NCBI GenBank assembly: GCA_964456355.1
Contig: CAYWAF010000002.1
Coordinates: 13,975 to 53,530 of the forward strand
Direction of reading: 5' to 3'
From: an uncultured Eubacteriales bacterium
GTDB taxonomy: Bacteria > Actinomycetota > Coriobacteriia > Anaerosomatales > CAYWAF01
Length of the DNA stretch: 39,556 bases
The translations under genes were made by a program, and so were the position numbers. The notes beneath the pieces were generated by a model. That model was not told the DNA's origin. It did not search any database and saw nothing but the letters and a program-made list of their open reading frames with translations. This document shows, one piece after another, positions 11,535-19,951 of this stretch (within the stretch, counting starts at the first letter, position 1; the number at the start of each line of letters is the position of its first letter).

Positions 11535-12499
11535 GCCATCCCAAGTTCGTCATGGACTTCGAGCGGGAACTGGTGGAGCTGGAGTCCAAGCTCGAGGAAC
11601 TCAAGCGCATCGACGTCTCCAGTCATCCCGAACTCGCCGAAGAGGTCGAGAAACTCACTGCTGAGATCGAGGTCCTGCACAAGAAGACCTACACGGAACT
11701 CTCTCCGTGGGCGCGAGTGCAGATATCCAGGCATCCGGAACGGCCGAAGACGCAGGACTATCTCGAAACGTGCTTCTCGGACATCATGGAACTGCGGGGA
11801 GACCGTCTCTACCGCAACGATGCGGCGATACTGACCGCCCTGGCCAGGATCGATGGCAGGCGCGTCATGGTCATAGGCCACAACAAGGGGCGTACCGCCA
11901 AGGAGAACGCCGTCCGTAATTCGGGGAGCCCGCATCCGGAGGGTTACAGGAAGGCTATACGTGCTATGCGGATGGCCGACAAGTTCGCACTCCCCATCGT
12001 GGCCTTCCTCGACACCGCCGGAGCGTATCCCGGCTTGGAGGCCGAGCAACGCGGTCAGGCCTGGGCTATCGCCGAGTCGCTGGCCACTCTCTCGCAGGTC
12101 AGAGTGCCGGTCGTGGTCGTAGGCATAGGCGAGGGCGGTTCCGGTGGCGCGTTGGCCATCGGCTTCGGTGACCGGATGATCATGCTGGAGAACGCGTATT
12201 ACTCGGTGGCGAGCCCTGAAGGCTGCGCTTCGATAGTCTACAAGGACGCCTCGCAGGCCCCTCAGGCTGCCGAGTGCTTGATGCTCACCGCGGACTCCCT
12301 GCTCGACCTCGGCATAGCAGACGAGGTGTTGCCCGAGCCGCTGGGTGGTGCCCATCGCGATCCGGACGCTGTCCTCCAGGCTGTGGGGACGGCCATAGAG
12401 CAAGCACTCGACGATCTGGTCGGAAAGGACCCTGAGACGCTGGTCGAACGCCGCTACGAACGTCTCAGGGGTATCGGAGCATACGACCAGGAGCCGTGA
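11531..12499 (+). CDS. accA: Acetyl-CoA carboxylase carboxyltransferase subunit alpha
   Basis: The start overlaps the accD stop as GTGA. Motifs: RHPERP, PIVAFLDTAGAYPGLEAEQRGQ, IGEGGSGGALA. Confidence 0.9.
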   Translation: MSHPKFVMDFERELVELESKLEELKRIDVSSHPELAEEVEKLTAEIEVLHKKTYTELSPWARVQISRHPERPKTQDYLETCFSDIMELRGDRLYRNDAAILTALARIDGRRVMVIGHNKGRTAKENAVRNSGSPHPEGYRKAIRAMRMADKFALPIVAFLDTAGAYPGLEAEQRGQAWAIAESLATLSQVRVPVVVVGIGEGGSGGALAIGFGDRMIMLENAYYSVASPEGCASIVYKDASQAPQAAECLMLTADSLLDLGIADEVLPEPLGGAHRDPDAVLQAVGTAIEQALDDLVGKDPETLVERRYERLRGIGAYDQEP

Positions 12500-12536
12500 T
12501 CCAAAGCACGACCATCGTTCCCGTACATGGAGGTGT

Positions 12537-13781
12537 GTGGTAGTGAGTGCATCCGACGATATCAAGCGCGTGGGTCTGCTTTTCAGTGGCGGACCGGCTC
12601 CAGCCGCCAACGCTGTGATCTCCGCAGCGGCTCTGAGCTTCTTGAACGCAGGGATAAGCGTTCTGGGCTTCCTGGATGGCTATGAGAATCTGGAGAAACA
12701 CTCTTCGGAGAGCCCGATGGTCGAAGGGGAGCACTATCGGTGCCTGGAGCGGGATGACGTCACGCAGATACGCAATCAGAAAGACATAATCATCCGCACT
12801 TCGAGAGCGAACCCCGGAAAGCCGATAAAGTCACTCGCCGACCTGGAAGACCCGGAGAAAAACGCGAAGTTGCGAGCCGTCTACGACGCGTTCGAGGCCC
12901 TGGAGGTGGACGCGTTGGTCTCCATCGGTGGCGACGACACCCTCAAGACCGCGAACTACCTCTACCAGATGCAAGACCTCCTGCCCGATCTGCGGAGGTT
13001 GCGTGTCATCCATCTTCCCAAGACCATCGACAACGACTACTTCGGTATCGACTGGACGTTCGGCTTCTTCTCTGCCGCTCACGCTGCGGCAGCAGAGATC
13101 CGCAACCTGGACGCCGATGCCGTGTCCACCAAGGTCTGGTACGTACTCGAGATAATGGGGCGGAAGGCGGGATGGCTCACGTATGCTGCCGGCATAGCCG
13201 GAGAGGCCACCAAGATGATCTCGGTCGAAGACGTCGACGACGAGTTCGATCTGGACAAGGAGGCCGAGGACCTCGTCCGGTTGATGGCCGTGCGTAAGAA
13301 GGACGGCCGCGAGTACGGCGTCGTGTGCATCGCCGAAGGGCTCGCCGACATGCTTCCGGACTCCCAGAAACCGAAGGAGACGGACGAGCACGGCAATGTC
13401 GTGCTGGGGGCTGCCCAGATCGGCAAGATGCTGGCAGAGGCCATGGCCGAGAAGTACACACAGGCCACCGGCGACAAGATAAAGGTGCGCCACAAGCAGG
13501 TCGGATACGAGACCCGTTGCTCCGACCCGAGCGCTTTCGACGTCCTGTTGGGGACTCAACTCGGAGCAGGTTCTTTCAGGGCATTGGTGGAAGAGGGCCT
13601 CACGGGTCACATGGTCAGCGTGGAGAAGCAACTCCAACTGAAATACGTCCCCTTCAGCGAACTCATAGATCCTGAGACGCTGCGGACGCGGGTGCGTTTC
13701 ATCGAGCGCGACAGCGATTTCTACCGCTTGGCGCGGGCTCTCGAATACCAGGAACTGTCCCACAAGGACAAAGGCTGCTAG
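12537..13781 (+). CDS. pfp: 6-phosphofructokinase, signature residues of the PPi-dependent type
   Basis: It has the PFK fold, with GGDDT in place of GGDGS and PKTIDND in place of PGTIDND. These are the two positions known to discriminate PPi- from ATP-dependent PFKs. GTG 12543 is an alternative start. Confidence 0.8.
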   Translation: MVVSASDDIKRVGLLFSGGPAPAANAVISAAALSFLNAGISVLGFLDGYENLEKHSSESPMVEGEHYRCLERDDVTQIRNQKDIIIRTSRANPGKPIKSLADLEDPEKNAKLRAVYDAFEALEVDALVSIGGDDTLKTANYLYQMQDLLPDLRRLRVIHLPKTIDNDYFGIDWTFGFFSAAHAAAAEIRNLDADAVSTKVWYVLEIMGRKAGWLTYAAGIAGEATKMISVEDVDDEFDLDKEAEDLVRLMAVRKKDGREYGVVCIAEGLADMLPDSQKPKETDEHGNVVLGAAQIGKMLAEAMAEKYTQATGDKIKVRHKQVGYETRCSDPSAFDVLLGTQLGAGSFRALVEEGLTGHMVSVEKQLQLKYVPFSELIDPETLRTRVRFIERDSDFYRLARALEYQELSHKDKGC

Positions 13782-13816
13782 ACGTCTTGCAGTGACGGCC
13801 GGCAAGGAGGCGACGG

Positions 13817-14581
13817 ATGCCGAACGACGATTCCCGCGAAGACGAGCGGACCTCTCACGAAGAGCCGGACGGCGTGAGGATAAACCGCTCCATCCTGGAG
13901 CAGGCCACCGGCGCCGAAAGAGACTTCCTGGCGGGCAAGAGGCAGCACTCGGAGAACGTCGAGAGTGCCGTACGTTACTTCCTGGAGTTCCTGCGCGGTT
14001 TCGAGTTCCTCTCCATCGACGAGCCGTGCGTCACCGTCTTCGGTTCGGCCCGTTTGAGAGAGGGCAGCCCGTACTACGATCTCGCCTACGAGATAGGGGC
14101 GGCTCTGGCGAAGGCCGGATACTGCGTGATGACGGGCGGAGGCCCGGGACTGATGGAGGCCGCGAACCGTGGTGCCCAGGAGGCCGGCGGTCTGTCCATA
14201 GGCGCCAACATACACCTGCCCAACGAGCAGCAACCCAACCCCTACGTGGACAGGTTCATCCAGTTCGAGCACTTCTTCGTACGTAAGGTCATGCTGGTCA
14301 AGTACTCCTGCGCCTTCGTGGTCCTGCCGGGCGGGTTCGGTACGCTCGACGAGATCTTCGAGACGCTGGTCCTCATCCAGACACACAAGGTGGAGACCTT
14401 CCCGATAATCGCCATGGGCAGCGAGTTCTGGAACCCGCTGCTCTCCTTCTTCAGCGAGCGGCTGGCCAAAGAGGGCACCATAGCGATCGAGGACATCGAC
14501 CTGGTGCACGTCACCGATTCGGTGGAGGAAGCCGTGGCGACCATCAAGAACCATCCGCACGGCTGCCCCGAGATGGAGTAG
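13817..14581 (+). CDS. LOG-family (TIGR00730) nucleotide phosphoribohydrolase / 'lysine decarboxylase-like' protein
   Basis: RBS AAGGAGG lies upstream. Motifs: MTGGGPGLMEAANRGA and the LOG signature PGGFGTLDEIFE. Confidence 0.8.
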   Translation: MPNDDSREDERTSHEEPDGVRINRSILEQATGAERDFLAGKRQHSENVESAVRYFLEFLRGFEFLSIDEPCVTVFGSARLREGSPYYDLAYEIGAALAKAGYCVMTGGGPGLMEAANRGAQEAGGLSIGANIHLPNEQQPNPYVDRFIQFEHFFVRKVMLVKYSCAFVVLPGGFGTLDEIFETLVLIQTHKVETFPIIAMGSEFWNPLLSFFSERLAKEGTIAIEDIDLVHVTDSVEEAVATIKNHPHGCPEME

Positions 14582-14629
14582 CGTCGCATCCTTCCTCTCG
14601 GCAAGGGGTGTCGGCTCTCCGCTCTCGCG

Positions 14630-14635
14630 TATACT
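14630..14635 (+). promoter_or_regulatory. -10-like TATACT placed 7 nt before the AOR GTG start (leaderless configuration)
   Basis: The context is cgcgTATACTtcgctctGTG. The same cgcgTATACT context occurs at the pdtaS start. Confidence 0.4.
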
Positions 14636-14642
14636 TCGCTCT

Positions 14643-16433
14643 GTGACACACGGCTACACAGGCAACATGCTTCTCGTGGACCTGACGTCGCGTGCCTCCA
14701 AGGTCGAACCGCTCGATGCGGACATGGCTCGGTCCTTCATCGGCGGCAGGGGGCTCGGCGCACGTCTTCTGTGGGATGCCCCCGAAGGGCTCGACCCGTT
14801 GGCGCCGGAAGCGCCCCTCATCTTCGCCACCGGTCCTCTCACCGGCACTCCTGCACCGACGTCCGGACGCTTCTCGCTCACCGCCCGCTCGCCGCTCACC
14901 GGCACCGTCTTCGACACCAACTGTGGCGGAGCGTTCGGCGTCAGGCTCAAGGCAGCCGGCTTCGATGTCCTCGTGGTCACCGGCATCGCCGAGACGCTCA
15001 CGACCCTGAGGATAGGTCCCGAGGGCGTCCACTTCGATGATGCCGAGGACCTGTCGGGTGCGGAGGTGTCGGAGACGACCGCTGTGGTCTCCGGAGGGCG
15101 GAAGCACACGAGCGTGGCTGCCATCGCCTCGGCCGGGGAGCGTCTGGTCAAGCTCGCGACCATCATGGTGGACGGGAAGCGCGCACTCGGACGCGGTGGT
15201 ATGGGGGCCGTCATGGGGTCCAAGCGCCTCAAAGCGATCGTGGTCTCCGGAGACGTTGCTCCTTCCGTGGCACACCGTGACGACCTCGATTTCTTCCTCT
15301 ACGAAGTGAAGAAAGTCATCAAATCCAACCCGGTCACTAGCACGGCGCTGCCTCGCTTCGGTACCCCGATGCTCGTCGAGATACTCGGCAGGCGCGGACT
15401 GATGCCGGCGTCGAACTTCCGTGCGTCAGGGAGTGCGTTCGTAGACGCTCTTTCCGGCGAGCGTCTTGCCGAGGAGTTCTCATCCTCCCGTTCCGGCTGC
15501 TGGGGCTGCCCGATCCAGTGCGGGCGCAAGACTCGCACGAGTTCGGGGGAGGGCCACGGGCCGGAGTACGAGACGTTATGGGCACTGGGGGCCGACCTCG
15601 GGATCGACGACCTGGAAACCGTGGTGGACCTCAGCCATCTCTGCAACGAGCTCGGCCTCGACACCATATCGGTGGGCGGAACCCTTGCCTGCGCCATTGA
15701 GATAGCGGAAGACGACACGACCATACCCTTGCGTGCGGGAGACGCCGCCTCCATCCGAGCGGCGATCGAAGCACTGGCCGAGCGCGATGGGGACCTCGGA
15801 GACGCGCTGGCCGAGGGTTCGCGCGTCTTCGCAGACCGTCACGGGCGTCCCGATGCGGCCATGCAGGTCAAAGGTCTCGAGCTCCCGGCCTACGACCCGC
15901 GCGGCATGCAAGGCCAGGGTCTCGGTTATGCGACGAGCAACCGGGGCGGCTGTCATCTGCGCGGCAACATGCTCGGGTTCGAGGTGCTGGGGACACCCAA
16001 GCTGGTGGACCGCACCGCGAACGCCGGGAAGGCGGGCCTGCTCATCGTGGCCCAGCACCTGGGTGCCGTCCTGGACTCCCTCGCACTCTGTAAGTTCACC
16101 TCCTTCGCTCTCTCCGAGGAGCACTATGCCCGTCTCTACTCCGCGGTCACCGGCCTGAAGGTGAGTGGTCAGGACCTCATGCTGGCGGGTGAACGTATCT
16201 GGAACCTGGAGCGTCTCTACAACCTGCGTGAGGGCTTCGATGCTTCCGATGACCGTCTCCCGACCCGCCTGCTCGAAGAGCCGGACGCTGCCGGCGAGGT
16301 CGTGCATCTCGATGAGATGCTGGAGGAGTACTATCGCTTCAGAGGTTGGAGTCCCGATGGCGTACCGACCATCGGGAAACTCGAACGGCTGGGCCTGGCG
16401 GACCTGGCGGGGGAGGTGAAAGGCGTTGTATGA
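14643..16433 (+). CDS. aor: Aldehyde:ferredoxin oxidoreductase family (tungstopterin enzyme)
   Basis: The N-terminus is typical of AOR: GYTGNMLLVDLT...FIGGRGLGARLLW. The [4Fe-4S] motif CWGCPIQC and the pterin-binding-region motifs GLGYATSNRGGCH and DSLALCKF are present. Length is 596 aa. Confidence 0.88.
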   Translation: MTHGYTGNMLLVDLTSRASKVEPLDADMARSFIGGRGLGARLLWDAPEGLDPLAPEAPLIFATGPLTGTPAPTSGRFSLTARSPLTGTVFDTNCGGAFGVRLKAAGFDVLVVTGIAETLTTLRIGPEGVHFDDAEDLSGAEVSETTAVVSGGRKHTSVAAIASAGERLVKLATIMVDGKRALGRGGMGAVMGSKRLKAIVVSGDVAPSVAHRDDLDFFLYEVKKVIKSNPVTSTALPRFGTPMLVEILGRRGLMPASNFRASGSAFVDALSGERLAEEFSSSRSGCWGCPIQCGRKTRTSSGEGHGPEYETLWALGADLGIDDLETVVDLSHLCNELGLDTISVGGTLACAIEIAEDDTTIPLRAGDAASIRAAIEALAERDGDLGDALAEGSRVFADRHGRPDAAMQVKGLELPAYDPRGMQGQGLGYATSNRGGCHLRGNMLGFEVLGTPKLVDRTANAGKAGLLIVAQHLGAVLDSLALCKFTSFALSEEHYARLYSAVTGLKVSGQDLMLAGERIWNLERLYNLREGFDASDDRLPTRLLEEPDAAGEVVHLDEMLEEYYRFRGWSPDGVPTIGKLERLGLADLAGEVKGVV

Positions 16434-17022
16434 GCAGTTCGCAGCGATAGGGCGCGACCTCTTCGTCTCGGGAGCCATCTCCAGCCATGGCGGCAACATG
16501 AGCGTGCGGGTGGGCGACCGGGTGCTCATAACCCGGCGTGGCTCCATGCTCGGACGCCTGACCGAGAGCGACATCATCGAGACAGCGCTCGAGCACGACG
16601 ACTCCGAGATCGCCCTGGCCTCCACTGAGATCGTGGTCCACCGTGCGATCTATGCCAAGACCGATGCGCTCGCAGTGGTGCACGCCCATCCGGTGCACAC
16701 GATCATGCGCTCGCTCATCGAGGACGAGATCGTGCCGATAGACTCGGAGGCCAGTTATCTCCTCCACAAGGTCCCTGTCTTCTCGCTGCCACTCACCGCA
16801 GGCTCTGCCGAGGTGGCTGAGGCGGTCTCCGAGGGGCTCAAAGAGTACAAGTGCGTCATGCTGCGCGGCCACGGTCCTTTCGCCATCGGCACGGTGCTCG
16901 AGGAGGCGTTCCAGTGGGTCTCCACACTGGAGCAGGCATGCAAGATACTCGACCTGCGAGACCAGATGGGCGTGGAGGTCAAGGAGTACAGGGAGCATGG
17001 AGAGGATTACGGTAGGTGGTGA
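16426..17022 (+). CDS. Class II aldolase/adducin-family protein (FucA/MtnB-like)
   Basis: TTG start lies 8 nt after GGAGGTG and overlaps the AOR stop by 8 nt. Motifs: SSHGGNMSVRV, ITRRGSMLG, VVHAHP, MLRGHGPFAIG. Confidence 0.75.
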   Translation: MYEQFAAIGRDLFVSGAISSHGGNMSVRVGDRVLITRRGSMLGRLTESDIIETALEHDDSEIALASTEIVVHRAIYAKTDALAVVHAHPVHTIMRSLIEDEIVPIDSEASYLLHKVPVFSLPLTAGSAEVAEAVSEGLKEYKCVMLRGHGPFAIGTVLEEAFQWVSTLEQACKILDLRDQMGVEVKEYREHGEDYGRW

Positions 17023-18344
17023 GCTCTGAAGACCTGCCTTCCGGAAAGCGGATAGTAAGAGCCTATCTCCTCATCTACGGGATGTTCACGCTCGCCACTT
17101 CCCTCATCTGGGGCATCAACACGCTCTTCTTGCTCGATGCGGGGCTGGACATATTCCAGGTCATGGTCGTCAACGGGGTCTTCAGTGCAGGGCTGGTGTT
17201 CTTCGAGGTGCCCACAGGGGTCATCGCGGACACCATCGGCAGGAAGGCATCCTTCCTCATAGGCATCGTCGTGCTCTTCGTCTCCACGTTGATGTACCTG
17301 GTCTCTGCCGGTCATGAGTGGGGGATGTGGGGCTTCTGCCTCGCCTCGCTCCTTCTCGGCCTCGGGTACACGTTCCAGACCGGAGCGGTGGACGCCTGGT
17401 TGGTCGACGCCTTGGACCACGTAGGGTGCGAGACATCCAAGGAGACGGTCTTCGCTAAGGGCGGGATGATCTTCGGGATAGCCATGTTCGCCGGCACCTT
17501 GGCGGGCGGCCTTCTCGGGCAGGTCGACCTCACGTTGCCGTACGTCGCCCGTGCGGGGATACTCGTGGTGGCTTTTCTCATGGCGGCCGTGATGATGCAA
17601 GAGGTCGGCTTCTCCTCCACGCCGCTCGGCTCCTCCACCTTCGCAAGAGAGGCTCGCAAGATAGCCCGTGACGGCGTGCGCTACGGATGGCGGGACCCGG
17701 TTGTGAGACCCCTCCTTCTCGTCTCCGGGCTGCAGGGCACGTTCATGATGTACTTCTTCTACTCCTCGCAGCCGCTCGCTCTCGCCGTCCTGGGTCGGGA
17801 GGACCTCATCTGGGTGGCCGGTGCGATGACGGCGCTGTTCGGACTCGCCAGCGTGGCGGGCAACCTGGCGGTCGGACCGGTGATGAAGACGCACTGGGGG
17901 GAGAAGCCGGCAGCCATCCTCGTCTGGTGTACCGTGGTGAGCGCCTTCCTGGTAGCAGGCATAGGAGCCGTGGGTCTTCTCGCTCCGGCCGCCGGGAGCG
18001 TGTTCGCATGCGCGCTCATGACCCTGCTCTTTTCGACCTTCGGTGCCGTCTACGGTCTTCTGGAGCCGGTCCGGCAGGCGTTCATCAACCGCCACATCCC
18101 TTCCAGACAACGTGCGACTGTGCTCTCGCTCAACTCTTTCTTCGACGAAGGCGGTGGCATGATGGGGCAACCGCTGTTCGGATGGTTGGCGAGGGCGGTC
18201 TCGATACCCGCAGGGTACATGGCCGGATCCATCGTGGTAGGCATGACGGCGCCGCTCTACCGACGTGCCGGGCGCGCTTCCCGAGCGCGCATGGGGAGCG
18301 GGGATGAAGGGAGTACCACCCTCTCCGTGCAGGCCGAGGAGTGA
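17016..18344 (+). CDS. MFS transporter
   Basis: It overlaps the aldolase stop. About 12 hydrophobic segments are present, plus an MFS loop motif, GVIADTIGRKASF, between TM2 and TM3. Confidence 0.7.
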   Translation: MVSSEDLPSGKRIVRAYLLIYGMFTLATSLIWGINTLFLLDAGLDIFQVMVVNGVFSAGLVFFEVPTGVIADTIGRKASFLIGIVVLFVSTLMYLVSAGHEWGMWGFCLASLLLGLGYTFQTGAVDAWLVDALDHVGCETSKETVFAKGGMIFGIAMFAGTLAGGLLGQVDLTLPYVARAGILVVAFLMAAVMMQEVGFSSTPLGSSTFAREARKIARDGVRYGWRDPVVRPLLLVSGLQGTFMMYFFYSSQPLALAVLGREDLIWVAGAMTALFGLASVAGNLAVGPVMKTHWGEKPAAILVWCTVVSAFLVAGIGAVGLLAPAAGSVFACALMTLLFSTFGAVYGLLEPVRQAFINRHIPSRQRATVLSLNSFFDEGGGMMGQPLFGWLARAVSIPAGYMAGSIVVGMTAPLYRRAGRASRARMGSGDEGSTTLSVQAEE

Positions 18345-18354
18345 AGTGAGAGCG

Positions 18355-18441
18355 TGGTGCCCGGGGAGGGACTCGAACCCTCATGGGGTCTCCCCCATCG
18401 GTTTTTGAGACCGACGCGTCTGCCTGTTCCGCCACCCGGGC
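18355..18441 (-). tRNA. tRNA-Leu (anticodon CAA), CCA encoded
   Basis: The reverse complement folds by hand into a cloverleaf: acceptor GCCCGGG/CCCGGGC, 3-bp D-stem, anticodon stem TCGGT/ACCGA with loop CTCAAAA. There is a long variable arm (GGGG/CCCC) and a T-arm GAGGG-TTCGAGT-CCCTC, followed by the discriminator A and CCA. Confidence 0.95.
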
Positions 18442-18461
18442 TCACTCAGGTCGCCTCGCGG

Positions 18462-18467
18462 ATTATA
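18462..18467 (-). promoter_or_regulatory. Consensus TATAAT -10 box for tRNA-Leu
   Basis: The minus strand reads gacTATAATccgcgaggcgacctgagtga and is followed by the mature tRNA 5' end at 18441. Confidence 0.4.
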
Positions 18468-18480
18468 GTCGACTCCCACC

Positions 18481-18497
18481 GAATCGTGCCACGATTC
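18481..18497. promoter_or_regulatory. Perfect 8-1-8 palindrome in the divergent tRNA-Leu / pdtaS promoter region
   Basis: The sequence is GAATCGTG-c-CACGATTC. It sits at about the -35 position of both candidate promoters and is flanked by direct CCACCGA repeats. Confidence 0.3.
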
Positions 18498-18519
18498 CAC
18501 CGAGCACCCTGCATCCGCG

Positions 18520-18525
18520 TATACT
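18520..18525 (+). promoter_or_regulatory. -10-like TATACT 6 nt before the pdtaS ATG (leaderless configuration)
   Basis: The context is cgcgTATACTctgcccATG, and no Shine-Dalgarno is present. Confidence 0.4.
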
Positions 18526-18531
18526 CTGCCC

Positions 18532-19944
18532 ATGTCAGACGAACCGGTCAAAGATGATGTCGTCACGGGTGACGAACACCTGGACAACGTCGCCGCCAAC
18601 CTCCAACTCGTCGCCGACCTCGGCTACGGCGACGTGGCTCTTGCCGTGCCGGACGACACCGGCATGCTGCGCGTCGCAGCCGAGGCCCGTCCAATGACTG
18701 CCATAGCTGCCGCAGCGGCCTCCCGGCTGGGCGTCATGCTGCGTCATGAGGACGAGCCGGAGGCGTATAAGGCGCTTGCCACCGGACGTTCCTACGTGCG
18801 CGAAGCCGGGAAGACCACGCGTGGGATATCGTTCACCACGTTCGCCTATCCTGTCGTCACCGGCGAAGGAGGCGCTGTCATCGCGGTGGTCGTCCGCAAC
18901 GTCGCTCAGCAGGTGCTGGAGGCGCCCGGTGCCATGGAGACGGCCTCCATGGAACTGGCCGAGGAGGTCCTCGACGTGCTCAGCAGGCAGCCGCTGAGGG
19001 AGACAGGGACGGGCAAGGGATTCTCGACGACTCGCAAGGCAGGGGACGGCCTTCTCCGAGTCTCGGGTGAGATGGTCGCTTACGCGAGCCCGAACGCGCT
19101 CAACATCATGCGGTTGGCGGGTGTGGGCGTCCCTTTGCCGCGCAACGCGGCCATGCTGCCTGGGGCGAAGGCCGCGGTCCTGCCGGTGGTCAAGAGGTCA
19201 GGTGCGGCATCGGCCACCGAGATCGAGACGGGCGAGCGGGTCTTGGGCTACCGTTCGATAGGAGTGGCCGACGGTGCTCTCGTGCTGGTCGAGGACCGCA
19301 CCGAGGCACGTCGGCGCGAGCAGGAGATAAAGGTCAAGGAGGCGACGATACGTGAGGTCCATCATCGCGTGAAGAACAACCTGCAGACGATCGCCAGCCT
19401 CTTGCGCATCCAAGGGAGGCGCATGGAGAGCGAGGAGGCCAGGGAGGCGCTCTTCGAGGCGACCGAGCGGGTCTCGTCCATGGCGGTAGTGCACGAACTC
19501 CTCGCTGGCTCGTCCGAGGCGAGCATCGACTTCGCGCAGGCGGCCTCCACCGTGGTCGACATGGTCTGCAAGGGTCTTTCCGGCGAGAGCAGCTGTATCG
19601 ATGTCAAGGTCTCCGGCTCCACCGGTCAGGTCCCGGCGAAGGCTGCCACCTCGCTCGCGCTCGTCCTCACTGAGCTCGTCCACAACGCCATCGAGCATGG
19701 CTTGGCTGGCACCGGTGGAGGACTCGTCTCCGTCGAGATGCGCAGGCTTCCCGACGAGCTGGTGCTCACGGTCCGCGATGACGGACCCGGGTTTCCGGAG
19801 GATTTCGACCCGGACTCCTCTCCCAATCTGGGTCTGGCCATCGTGCGCACTATGGTCGAAGACGATCTTCGCGGTACCCTTTCGTTCGGTAAAGGTCCCG
19901 GTACGACAGTGACGGTGCGTTTCCCGCTCCCGAAGGAGGGCTGA
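18532..19944 (+). CDS. pdtaS: Soluble PdtaS-type sensor histidine kinase (HisKA_2/HWE-like)
   Basis: There are no TM segments. An N-terminal sensor region of ~270 aa precedes the H-box EVHHRVKNNLQ. HATPase motifs are LVHNAIEHG, DDGPGFP and GLGLAIV. An ANTAR regulator follows immediately. Confidence 0.8.
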   Translation: MSDEPVKDDVVTGDEHLDNVAANLQLVADLGYGDVALAVPDDTGMLRVAAEARPMTAIAAAAASRLGVMLRHEDEPEAYKALATGRSYVREAGKTTRGISFTTFAYPVVTGEGGAVIAVVVRNVAQQVLEAPGAMETASMELAEEVLDVLSRQPLRETGTGKGFSTTRKAGDGLLRVSGEMVAYASPNALNIMRLAGVGVPLPRNAAMLPGAKAAVLPVVKRSGAASATEIETGERVLGYRSIGVADGALVLVEDRTEARRREQEIKVKEATIREVHHRVKNNLQTIASLLRIQGRRMESEEAREALFEATERVSSMAVVHELLAGSSEASIDFAQAASTVVDMVCKGLSGESSCIDVKVSGSTGQVPAKAATSLALVLTELVHNAIEHGLAGTGGGLVSVEMRRLPDELVLTVRDDGPGFPEDFDPDSSPNLGLAIVRTMVEDDLRGTLSFGKGPGTTVTVRFPLPKEG

Positions 19945-19951
19945 GAGTATC

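Noticed and set aside
11393-13805. Long antisense ORFs 11393-12610 (405 aa) and 12831-13805 (324 aa) opposite accA and the PFK gene
   Set aside because: They are shadow ORFs of confidently identified accA and pfp. There are no RBSs, no domain signatures, and the composition is biased.
15576-18170. Antisense ORFs 15576-16625 (349 aa), 16339-16998 (219 aa) and 17007-18170 (387 aa) opposite AOR, the aldolase and MFS
   Set aside because: The sense-strand genes have diagnostic motifs and translational coupling. The antisense translations are His/Arg/Glu-rich with no recognisable fold.
18345-18531. tRNA-Leu as an integration hotspot or genomic-island boundary
   Set aside because: No integrase, no direct repeat of the tRNA 3' end and no mobile-element genes are present on either side. 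The flanks are an MFS transporter 10 nt away and the pdtaSR operon.
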